DNA of 64,000 nt from assembly GCF_032062105.1 (NCBI RefSeq), contig NW_026927928.1, forward strand, positions 62,001 to 126,000, given 5' to 3'. The translations under genes and the position numbers were made by a program. This document shows positions 1 to 15,825 of this stretch, one piece after another. Within the stretch, counting starts at the first letter, position 1; every line of letters begins with the position of its first letter. Origin of the DNA: Saccostrea cucullata. Taxonomy: Eukaryota. The notes under the pieces were generated by a model. It had not been told where the DNA came from and searched no databases. It was given only the letters and a program-made list of their open reading frames with translations.

Positions 1-72
1 TGAATCAGCATTTTCTTTATCCGATTCCTCATCACTAGAAGCTCCAATGATCGAGATATTTCCGTCGGCCAT
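1..72 (-). CDS. Probable first coding segment of a further paralogue running off the left edge (MADGNISIIGASSDEESDKENADS...)
   Basis: ATG at 72, frame open to the window edge, plausible acceptor near 96. The block ~430-800 (donor GGGACTTACC at 461) is homologous to the 5' region of paralogue 1 at ~7050-7400. Confidence 0.4.
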   Translation of the reverse strand, partial: MADGNISIIGASSDEESDKENADS

Positions 73-150
73 CCTTTCCTAATGTTTTTTTAAATGCTAA
101 GTAGCTAAAATAATATGAATGAATATTACTTTTAGGCATCAAAATAAATC

Positions 151-358
151 GAAATCGAAAGTAGATTTAAAGTGATAATACCAGGAAATTGACGTTCATC
201 CAATTTATCAATCCTAAAAGATCTTTTAACCTACATCATTTTTCAAAAGTCAAAAGTATTTTTTAAATAAAAATTATATGGCCTTTCTTTAAAGATTAGA
301 ATCAACAGATAAAATTGAATTTGCATTCTATTCAATCAAAATGAAACCGAAAGTAGAT
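151..358. promoter_or_regulatory. Two IRF-E/ISRE-like sites: GAAATCGAAAGT (151-162) and GAAACCGAAAGT (343-354)
   Basis: Both match GAAANNGAAAGT, both continue with AGAT, and both lie just upstream of the ATG at 72. Confidence 0.5.
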
Positions 359-1770
359 CTTCACATCGTACAGATAAATGATCTAATTAAATAAAATGCT
401 TTTTGATAATGAAATATTTAAAGTGCAATTGTGTGAATAGTTTAATAGAAAGTATATTCTGGGACTTACCTAAAACCTAGGAAGAAGTAGCTGAACAGTG
501 TTGAATTAATCTTAAATGTCCACGAATCCACGTGAATAGACCATCGATAGTTAATGTACTAAAAATATATACCGATAAGCCAAGGGGAAGATAATTAAAA
601 TGCCTTCATATATAGTATATGTTTGTGCCGCAATTTCACTACCAAAAATATCTACATGTAAATGATCTACATGATGAAGTCTATATATAAATAAAGAATA
701 ATGACTGCATGAGGAATCAAATTATCAGTTCAACTTATAAATAATGATCAAATGGCAGACGAAAATTTTTATCTCCGAATAAGCAGATCGAGCTGGGGTG
801 CATGATTGGAATATTTATTTCTCTGAGGATCGTAGTCTTTTTCATCTTATACTTGTTAACTTAAAGCTTGGATCTCCCCACAACTGCTTTTATACATGTA
901 CTTGATTGCTGATGACATCTTTACTCAAATCAAAACAACTTGAAAATCTATCCGTTTGGAACAATTTTTATTATTAATGCTTACAGTAATACTTTCATCT
1001 TGTTTACTGAGTCATCAGGTGACTTCTCCTGACAGTTTTATCTTTGCAGCAAATTCCATAGATATTTTCTTAATGTAACCTAACATCTTCCTATAACTTT
1101 GATTGGTCTGACTTTATTAACCCGGAATTTGTCCTCGTCTGTGCATATATCAGTATATTGTGTTTCTATATACAAAATCGATATAGCACCTTTTTGAAAT
1201 AGACCACTATGTAAATCTCCTTGGCATCTTTGTAATTTCAAAATTATTCTCAATAAGTAAAAATATTGCCAATTGTTGTAAAGAAAACAACGTAAAACAA
1301 CATGCATATATATTTTAATGAGCATAATAATTTTCTCCTTTAAAAAATAAATCACTCATACACAAGCATAACGGTTGGTTGGGGGGTGGGTGGGAGTTAA
1401 AAGGTGTGACATGAGTTTTATACACTGAGCAAAGGAAGATATGTTACTAGCGAAATCGCTCAAAAGTTGCCAGTAGCCACCATTCATCTGTACATTGGGG
1501 AGGGGGGGGGGGTTAGGAGGAGGGGAAGGTTAACTCTGCCGATATCCAACAATGTAAACTAAATTCAGTTGATCAATATGCAATTTAAGTATATGGTCCA
1601 GAAAATATCTCTTCCTTTTCTGGATCTTCCCGAATTACACAGCATCCAAATCATTTATCACAATTAAGAGTTATTTACTGAGTACCTCGGGAAAATAAAA
1701 TTGCTCAGGGATTTTTAAATCAATTCATACATAATGCAATTCACATTTTTTAAAATTAAATATTTCATGA

Positions 1771-4700
1771 CGAAAGAGTAATTCCTTTCACATTAAGTTC
1801 TTCTTTCACTCGTGATAAGTATTCCTCATCTGGATATCCGAATCTGGAAAAAAGATGTTTGGTGATTTTTATTGTAATTTCTCTGTTTTGAACGAAATCA
1901 ATATATCTAAAATAAAATGATTTTTAAAATACATTTTAAGGTCGTCTCTCTTTTGTTTACATGCAAATTCTGTCATTTTCATTCATTCTTTCTTTTAATT
2001 TTGACCATTTTTAAATTAACCTGATTTTGTACAATTTTACCCAGATGAATTTTTCGTTTTGTTTCAATGATACATGTACCAGCTTGAACTTGTTATCGCA
2101 CGTGAAAAATTCTTAGAACTATGCAATGTTTTAATGTATATACCTTTTGATCCTCCATTTAAAAAAAATCATTTATTTACTAGTACTTGTAATTTATAGA
2201 AAATAAGTTTGTGATTTTTTTTCAAATATCTTTATGATGAAAAGAGAAAAATAAACCGTTGAATTTAACAAATCTTACAAAGAAATTATTATTCTTTAAT
2301 TTTAAGATTGATAGATATTTGAAAACATTTATATCAACTAAATGTTAGACCTTTCTAAACCTCCATCTCGCCTCGTTTTATGATGAATGTCATTCTAAGT
2401 AACCACGCCTTCTTTCCCTGTGTTGCGAGAGACACCTATAGTGAACACCAATCTCTGTTTGAAGGCTTTCTCCAGTAAATTCAGAACTTCCATGCCCTCC
2501 TCCTTGTCTGGAAGATAAGCCTGTCTTTGTGTCCCAGTATATGGTTTACCTGGTTCTGAGTGGCATTCCTGCAAATAAACGAATGAAAAGAATCTAAGAA
2601 AGGAAAATTATGTGAAGCATTCGTCGTCTGGAATTTTCATGAATGGAGTCATTGTGTATCAAGACAGTCAAATAAAAATTCTAGGAAGGCCTAAAACGAA
2701 AAGGGCTTAATATTTACCTCTTGTTTCCCGTCCGGAAATTCGTAGCTGATGATGAAAGTCTCTGTTTTTGGGAATCCAGGCAGTGATTTCGTGTCCTTGA
2801 AAATTTTAGCTTCTCCGTTGGCAGGTTGAATTCCATAAAGTTTTCCGTACACGGTATTACAGACGGGCAAACTGGTTTTACAGAAAAATATCCAACAATA
2901 CATTCCTCGCAGAACTGATGATGACATCTAGTAAATTCAACAGGTTTCGTCATTTCATCCATGCAGATGATGCAGCTATTGTCTTGGGTGTTTTCTGACT
3001 GCTTTACGAAGTCCGCCAAGCTAACTGATTGATCTTTTGATGGTACCTTCCAAGTGTAAATGTATTGAAAAGGCCTAGAATCAAACTTTAAGGTTTTTTT
3101 AACGTTACCTCCAGAAATAGGAAGTTTTAAGCTTGTCTGTTTAAAGGTTGCTTCCAACATTTTTGTGAAGTCATCCTGCATGTTAACAAGATATATTTGT
3201 GTAATATTTGAGGGCTTGAACCTGGCATACCATTCAATTGCATCACGAGTAAGACTACAAAGGGTTTGGATAGTATTCGGATCCCGAAGATTACCTAAAA
3301 AGAAATCTATATTTATAAACAAGTAAACGGAATTTTGAGAAAAAAATCATCGTGGAGAAAAATGATATTACCTGCTCCAAGAAGTGGCATAACAATTGAC
3401 TGAATACTGCTCTTTTTTCTTCCAAATGATTGTCCTGCCAAGTTGTTCACTTCAAATAGTATTCCACAAACAAAATTCGTATAGTGCCTGTGGTGGTGAA
3501 ATAGCAATGGCTTTGTTTTTGAAAAGCCAACGATAATGGCATGACAGATTTTCTTAAAGCTCATATCATATCCCAAGGTCATTACTTGGCTATATAAAAA
3601 ATATGGTGCACTTTTTTGTAACTTTTCATGTTCTTCTCTATACTTTTTTCCACCCTTTGAAAGAAAGGTAGCTGCAAGACCACCTTTTCCTGTGAAATGT
3701 GGATTTTCACTACTAACTGCGACGTCTAAATCTGATAGCGTACCAATATCGCCTGTATATATGAAAACAGAAACATTGCCTATCTTGGTGGATTTCATTG
3801 AAGGGTGTTCATAATTTTTATTTTCCTTTGGTTTTGATACAGAAGCTTGTCCTCTGTTTGGTTTGTCTTGGGTTTTCTCTGACAACTTTGAGGCCTGTGT
3901 TGATGTTGTTGTTTTACTTTGTGTTGTCTTTGTTTCTTCCTCACTGTGGTATCTTACAACCAACCACGCTGGATCAATGGCCTGTTTAAAAGTTAAGTAA
4001 TGCTGATACTTTTCCTTAACTAATTCAAGGACTTCCATAGATAGATCAACAATGTGGAGCTCTTTAAGTGACCCAAACTTCTTCTGTTTGCTAAAGTCAA
4101 AGACGCCTTTCAGATACATTGCAGCACATAAGGATTTTGGTACTCTGAAAATACCTGTGTAAAAGAATATTTAAATATTATTTTTAAAAAGCATAATTAA
4201 AGAAAAGGCTTATGCATACTTTTATATACTTAGTATTGCCAAATTTAATATTTATGACCTGAAAAGATTGAAGATTGTAATATTTGTTCTGTCCGTCTCT
4301 TGGTCTGTAAAAATTCTAACCTTACCAATTCTGGTTGGTTGGAACTATGGCTTTTAAATTTCACCCGAGTTTTACCTGTGACAAGACCTTTTGTTGGTAT
4401 CAACAGTTTTGATCTTTTTATTTTTGACCCTGGAGGTTGATCTCCTTTTTAGAAGCCATGGCACTAGGGCTTTCCTATTTCAGATATGTCTGTTGTGAAA
4501 CACTCTTTCTTTATGTGTCATTACTTTTGACACTTTAACCACGAACTTAGAGTTTGACTCATTACTTAAAAAATTAATCTTTGATCATACATTTTGATTG
4601 GTTGGTGCTGGATGTTTCATATTTCTTAGATTATTCCTTGTGGCAAGACTTTTCTTTGACCAATAATTTTCATCTCTTGACCTCGAATTTCGGCTTGAAT

Positions 4701-6348
4701 TTGAAAAAAAAATAGTTTAATTATTAAGAAGTTCGGGACTGATAGTTCATGTGATGCTTATAAGGTTTTGTCCTCAAAGTTTGATTTTTTTTTTTAATTC
4801 ATTCTCTTTTAGTTAGCTTTGATCAATTTTTTTTCAAGTTAACAACCATGCTTTTCTGTAAACAGACTCTGAGGCAAAAAGGCTAAGTGTTATTAAATAA
4901 TGTTAGTTTGTACATTATCTTTGACATTTCAACCTTTCAAACAGAACTATGTATGGTCAGATTAAAGGCAAGTACTTCCATTTACACGGATCCGAAAAAG
5001 TGCTTTATCCTGTTTGTGTCTTTTTACTTTGATTTTTGACATATCAATAAATATCAAGTTTGATCTAGTCGACATACTAAGTACCTATTTTCAACAATTG
5101 TAAGACTAAAACATCAAGAGGAGATTTTTAATGTCTTCATCGTACATTGAATTACACTCATGACATACTAGCCAGTAAAAAACCCTTGAATCTTTTTCTA
5201 AAGTAATCATAATTGAAAAAAATACGAAAAAAAAATATTAACTTTAATTCATATATTCACCTGAACTTATGGTGGGAATGGCAACAGTTCTGACTTTGCA
5301 TTCTTTGGCCTTCTCTAAAAGGTTAGTTACAGTTCTTGCTAAATCTTTCAGGCATTCTAGCTTGTTTGTGTATTCTAGCCAAGAGGGCCCAACAACATGA
5401 ATAATCTTTTTAAATTTTAGCTGTCCTGCACCTGATAGGAACGCTTTTGAAACTGGAAGAGTTCCATGCTTCTGGATGTAGTCCTTACATTCTTTTCTCA
5501 TCACTGGACCTGCTCTCCTGGCGATCATTGCTGGAGTGCCTGAATCATGTGACAATTTATCGTTGGTGGCATTGACAATTATATCTACGTAAAGCTTTAT
5601 GACGAATCCTTCAGCAGTCAAAATTTCAGTGATTTCAGAATTTTGTTTACTTCCTATGCCTTTTGACGAGGTAGAAGACTTTTCTTCGGTTGAAGAATTT
5701 CTGTCTGTTGCCTGAAGGTCATTATCATTGCAGGGTGTACTACGGGTATTGTTATTGAATGTCTCGTTCTCTGACTCTTTTGATGTATAAAAAAACTGGT
5801 ATGTCAGGTGATCTTAATGTCGAAGTAGATGATCTTTTATCGGAAGCGGAATTTCTTTTTATGGACTGATTTTCACCTCTGTTTTGGATGTTGCTTTTCT
5901 CTTCATCTGTTTCACTTTCTGGGGGTTTCACTGTTTTTACTTTGGTATTTGCATGAAATAATTCTGCCTCTTCTGCAATATGTGTATCATTTTCATTTTC
6001 TTCTTTTTCTTCCTCGTTGTTTTTATTCCCATGATTGGCAACATGACTACTACCGTTTTCTTCTGATTCTTTGGTCGTAAGCTCAACACTCTCATTTCCC
6101 GTTTCTTTGTTGTCATATCTACAACCTATTAATTCATTATACCTTTCGGCAGCCTTCTCTGCCTCTCCTACAGCTTTGGCATAGAGAAAGCAGTGTGTTT
6201 GATCCGATGACACTACGTATGAGACATTTCCATCACTACAAATTTCTTTGAGGGCTTTATCAGCTTTCGCTCTCTCTTCAGGGTCTCCGCCTAGGTAGGT
6301 GACTTTCTCCTTCGATGAATTATTTTGGGATACTTTTTCCTGATCCAT
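1771..6348 (-). pseudogene. Paralogue 1: macro-macro-RING-DTC gene, disabled
   Basis: Exons 6377-5261 (ATG 6348), 4154-3372, 3294-2718, 2568-2351 and 1843 to ~1771. Lesions relative to paralogue 2: frameshift near the A7 run ~5790; 24-nt deletion in macro 1 (TDLLEADA lost); 1-nt loss at ~2866 in the last RING CxxC; TGG>TAG at 2395-2397 in [10 protein letters not shown]; native stop lost. Confidence 0.85.
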
Positions 6349-7522
6349 AATACTAATTGTGGGATGCTAAATCTAATCTGTAAAGTAAAGAGTGTTTTTA
6401 AAAATATCATATTCGATATTGTGTTTTCCTTTTTGATTGATAAAAATTGAAAGTATTACTGATATTGTTGTTGACACATTTGTTTAATTTTTTAATTGAA
6501 TTTCTAGTCTCTAAAATAAACATCATATACGTTCAGTATCATGTCAAAAGGTCGCTCAGAAAGTTCATGTCATTGTACTTCTTTTATTTGAGAAAAGAAA
6601 TGTAATGAGATGAAATTTAGAATTTGTAATATTTCATGTTCACAGCCTCCAATCTTACAACTGATAAGGTTTTAACTTTGTTTTAGTGAAATAAAAAGGG
6701 GAAGGGTAGGTATTGAAACAAACTATTTCTGTGGAGATGCATTAGGGATGCAGCAATCTGGGACATAAATAAAGCAAACAGGTCAATATATCCTTTCTAA
6801 ATACCTATTGAAAATTATCCAAGCCTATTCTCTTTAAAAGTGTCGAATCTTTCTTTTACCATTTTTGTAGGCGGCAATGTTAGTTGTGAAAAAACAAAAG
6901 TAACTAATCCTGTAACTGTTTTCTCTAGTATTACTTTGTGTTTTCTGTAGTATACTGCATGTTTTCTACAGAAAACTATATCGGCAAAATTATTGGGGGA
7001 CACCCCCACCCCCACCCCCGGTTTTTAAGGCCATAAGTAGAGAATAATTCAAATTGCAAATGTGAAAGAAGTGTATTTTGGGACTTACCTAAAAGTTACG
7101 TAGTTCTAAATAGTTGCGCTGTATAGAACTGAACATTCATGAATCGCATGTGAATACATACTATCAATAAAGATAGATAATGAACGATGTATATCGATAA
7201 AGAAAGGGCAATATAATTCAAATATGTCATATATTCTCAGTATGTGAAGCACTTCACTATCATAAAGATCTAAATGATAAACTCTACCTGAAATAAAGAA
7301 TGAAGACAGGATAATCAAATTATCAGCTCAACTTGTATATATAATAATCAAATGGCAGACGAAAATTTTATCTCGAAATAGCGGAGTTGTTGTGATTGGT
7401 ATTTTTTTTTTATAGATGAAATGAGAGGTCAGGTCTCTAGCTGTGGTCCAATTGATACTATAGACATAAATTTTGGATCTCACCGTTACTACTTCTTATA
7501 TACATTTACCTCATCACTCTTA

Positions 7523-7659
7523 TTTAGCTCACCTGAGCCGAAGGCACACGAGAGCTTTTCTGATCAAATTTTGTCCGTTGTCTGTCGTCGTCGTCGGCGG
7601 TGTCGTCGTTGTTGTTGTAAACTTTTCACTTTTTAGTTCACCTGAGCCGAAGGCTCAAC

Positions 7660-7691
<32 letters not shown>

Positions 7692-8970
7692 TGTCGTCGT
7701 TGTTGTCGTTGTCGTTGTTGTCGTCGTAAACTTTTCCCTGGGGGGGTGTAAAAATCAAGCCCCCCCCCCAGTTTACTTTCAGTTTTGATCTGATCTGTGT
7801 TTTTTCCTAGCCAATTGCTCAGGTGATCGATGTGGCCCCTGGGCCTCTTGTTCATCTTCTTTTCAAGAACCACTGGGTCAATTTCAACCAAACAGCACAA
7901 GGTATCCTTGCGTAAATGGGATGCAAGTTTGTTCAAATGAAAGGCCACACCCTCATCAAGGGGAGATAATAATGAATTAGTAATGGCATCTTTTAAAAAT
8001 CTTCTCAGGAAAGGTGAAACTCAAGTTGAAGCATTCTCTGATAGTATAAATTCAAGTTTGTTCAAATTATGAACCCCAGGGGAAGGCTGGGGCCACATTG
8101 GCGTATTAAAGTTTAACAAAGAAATACATAGGAAAACTCTTTGAAAACCATCTTCTTATGAACAGCAAAGTCATGATTGGTCATATTTATATGGAAGCAT
8201 CCTCCGATAGTGTAGATTCAAGTTTGTTCAAATCAAGACCCCCAGGGGCAGGATGGGGCCACAGTGATGTGTCAAAGTTTTACAAAGGAATATGTAGGAA
8301 AAATCTTTACAAATCTTCTTCTCAAGAATAGCAAAACCATGACTGGTCATAGTTATATGGAAGCATCCTCTGGTAGTGTAGATTTAAGTTTGTTCAAATC
8401 TTGACCCCAGGGGGGGTTTGGTGGCCGGAGTCTGAATGGAATAGCAAAGTTCAACATAACAATACATAGAAAACATCTTTAAAAATCTTCTCAAGAACAA
8501 CAAAGTCATAGTTATATGAAATCATCCCCAAGTAGTGTACCTGGGGCAAAGGTGGGGCCAAAATGGGTGATCAGAGTTTTAAAATGGATAACATAGAAAA
8601 ATTATCTTTTGAATTTGTCTTCTCGAGAACAGGAAAGCTGTGATTGTTCATATTTATATGAAAGCATCTTCGGGTAGATTCAAGTTTGTTCAAATCATAA
8701 CCCTGTGGGTAAAGTGGGGCCACATTGGGGGATCAAGGTTTTATGTAGGAATACACAGGAAAAATTGTAACAATTTTTCACAAAAACAACAAAGCCATGA
8801 TTGATCATCAATATAAAAGCATAAAAAGTAAAAATTTAAGTTTGTTCAAACACAGCCTCCCCCCTTCCACTGAACCCCCTTTTATATTTAAACTTTTCAA
8901 TACTGATCTGATTTTCGTTTTTACCTAGCTAGTTGGTCAGGTGAGCGATGTGGCCCCTAGGTCTCTTGTT
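7523..8970 (+). mobile_element. HINE/Helitron-N-type non-autonomous element with degenerate ~166-bp satellite repeats and a nested short copy at ~7631-7852
   Basis: 5' TTAGCTCACCTGAGCCGAAGG, (GTC)n tract, TCAAGTTTGTTCAAATCATGACCCC-type monomers, 3' CAGGTGAGCGATGTGGCCC...TCTTGTT. Confidence 0.85.
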
Positions 8971-9812
8971 TTATTTTCAATGCTAACAATAATACTTTTG
9001 ATGTTTAGAACGTTTTGATCCTGTCTACTAAATCATTAGGTGACCTCTTCGGACCATCTTATATTTGCAGCAAATTAAAGTTCGTTGATTTTTCTGACGT
9101 TACTAATCCAGAATTTGGCATGATAAATATATCTTCGTGTATCAACTATTGACTATATATACTCCATATTTATGTCATTCTTGAAATTGTGTCTCTACAA
9201 AATTTAGATGCCAGAGTTCATAAATAGACCACTTTGTACATCTTTTTGACATCTTTGTGGTGTAATTATCCTTCTCAATAAATCAAGACTTTATAAATTC
9301 TTTCAAACTTTAAAGAAAAACAATTAAAAACAACATGTACATGAATTTTTTTTTATTACATATTTTCAAATAAATGTAAAATAAATTATACGTGTCATGC
9401 ATAAGCACGTAATCAAACACGAGGTGGCTTAATCGTGGTTTTTGGTGGGTGGGGTGGGAGGGGGTAATTTGGTGGTTAAAAGGTGTGAAAAAGTTGTATG
9501 TATTTATTGAAACATAACTTTTGATATGTTCGCAAATAGTGTTAGTAGCCATGATTTATCTGTACATGGGTTGGTATTGGGCGGAGGTCGTGGGTCAAAA
9601 TAACAATGTAAATGCAATTTATCAATATGCCAAAGGAAATTGTCCTCATATTCTCTCTTTTTTCTGAATCCTTTAACGTACATAGAATTTAAATCATTTA
9701 CCACACTTGAAGAGCTATTAACCACGTTGCACGAAAACTGATATTGCTCAGGGAATTTCAAATGAATTCATACATAATGCAATCCACATTTTTTCTATCA
9801 AATATTCTATGA

Positions 9813-13965
<4,153 letters not shown>

Positions 13966-14560
13966 TATATAAAGAAAAACGAAATTATTATATATATAAG
14001 ATGTTTTTGAAACGAAATTATTATTCTAATAAATTATGGAAAAACGAAATTATTAAAAAACAAAAATTAAAAAAATATATAAAGCAACCTGAAATCAATT
14101 AGTTACTGTACTTTCTTTTTAATTCCAGGTAAATTTCTTACCTGCTGAAAAAAAACGAAATTAAACAAATATATAAAGAAAAACGAAATTATTGCAAACC
14201 AAAAATATATAAAGAAAAACGAAATTAATATATAAAGAGAAACGAAATTATTAAATAAAGAAAAACGAAATTAATATATAAAGAGAAACGAAATTATTAA
14301 ATAAAGAAAAACGAAATTAATATATAAAGAGAAACGAAATTATTAAATAAAGAAAAACGAAATTAATATATAAAGAGAAACGAAATTATTAAATAAAGGA
14401 AAACGAAATTAATATATCAAGAAAAACGAAATTAATATATAAAGGAAAACGAAATTAATATACAAAGAGAAACGAAATTAATATATAAAGAGAAACGAAA
14501 TTAAAATATATAAAGAAAACGAAATTATTAAAAGTAGAAAAACTGAAACAAAAATACGGA
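13966..14560 (+). repeat. Left array of ~19-22-bp units (TATATAAAGAGAAACGAAATTA / TTAAATAAAGAAAAACGAAATTA)
   Basis: Directly visible tandem array. Confidence 0.9.
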
Positions 14561-15644
14561 ATTTATAGAGGTGCACGGTAAGGGTCTGAACCCATAAATC
14601 ATTAGTGCACCGCGTCTGATAGACCTGATTTTGTTTCGACAATAAACAAGTGTGATGTTTGCCTTTATATTCACCTTTTCCTTAATCGAAAACGTATCCA
14701 TTACAATACATGGATTGGACGAATTTAACCTTTGATATCTAATTGCACAACTATTTAAGAAAACATGAACGTTAAGATTCCGTTGTTTACAACTCGTATT
14801 GTTGAATTTTTAACATTCAGGAAATTCCCTTATCCATTATTCAACTATCGCACAATACATTCATTAAAAAAAGGTGTAAAATAATACGTTATCGATCGGA
14901 CTTGGGTTTGTTTGACATATTAAAAAATTGTTTAAAGAGAACAGGTGCAAAAAGTAAAACGAGTCAAAGTGGTTACAAGAAGTAGATTTTAATAATTGCT
15001 TACTAAATTAGAAATAAAGCAAATCAGTTGAGTCCTTGATCTTATCAACGCATAATTAGAGGTGATGTACTGGCTACTAGTACTTGTTCTCACATATTAT
15101 AAATGTCCAACCCTCAGTCTGTACTATTTACAAGTCAGTGGTACTATAATTCTTGTTCTCATATATTTTAATTGACAAACTCGCAATTTGTATATTTATA
15201 AGTCGGTGATATTTATAAACAAACAATGCACACTATTGTACATAAGAAATCCCACAAAGTAATCAAATCATTTTTCTTTTTATAGTTTCAACAATCTAAG
15301 ATTTATGGGTACACAGATCGGACGCTAGGTTAAGTTCATGGGAATCCAGTAATACTATACGCAAGGTCTTGACCTTCTAGCTGAGCTCTATTGGGCTTCC
15401 ACAAAGCCCAATAGTGCAAACCAGAAATAAATAAAGAAAAAACGAAATTATTAAATAAAAGAAAACGAAATTATTAAATAAAAAAAATTATTAAATAAAG
15501 AAAAACGAAATCATTAAGTTAAGATACCATCATTGATAAGTTTAACAAAACAAAACGCGGGGATAAGGGTGCCAGTCACGCGTGGTTCATTCCACAGTGA
15601 GTGTGTCTTCAGCGCCAAACAGGGACGTGTTATTCACAGAGAAA

Positions 15645-15782
15645 ATGTCAGTTTTAAAAAGGTAAGTATTTTACAAGTGTGTGTGCCTTGTTTGATGATA
15701 ACGACAACTAACATAGATGTATATAATGCAATTTAAAATGTGTATACTTGCAGTCAGTACATCAATTCCATCCTTACTTTAA

Positions 15783-15825
<43 letters not shown>

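Noticed and set aside
7421-7948. Poly-Val/Arg ORFs (also 57724-57906)
   Set aside because: Translations of the (GTC/GTT)n tract of HINE elements.
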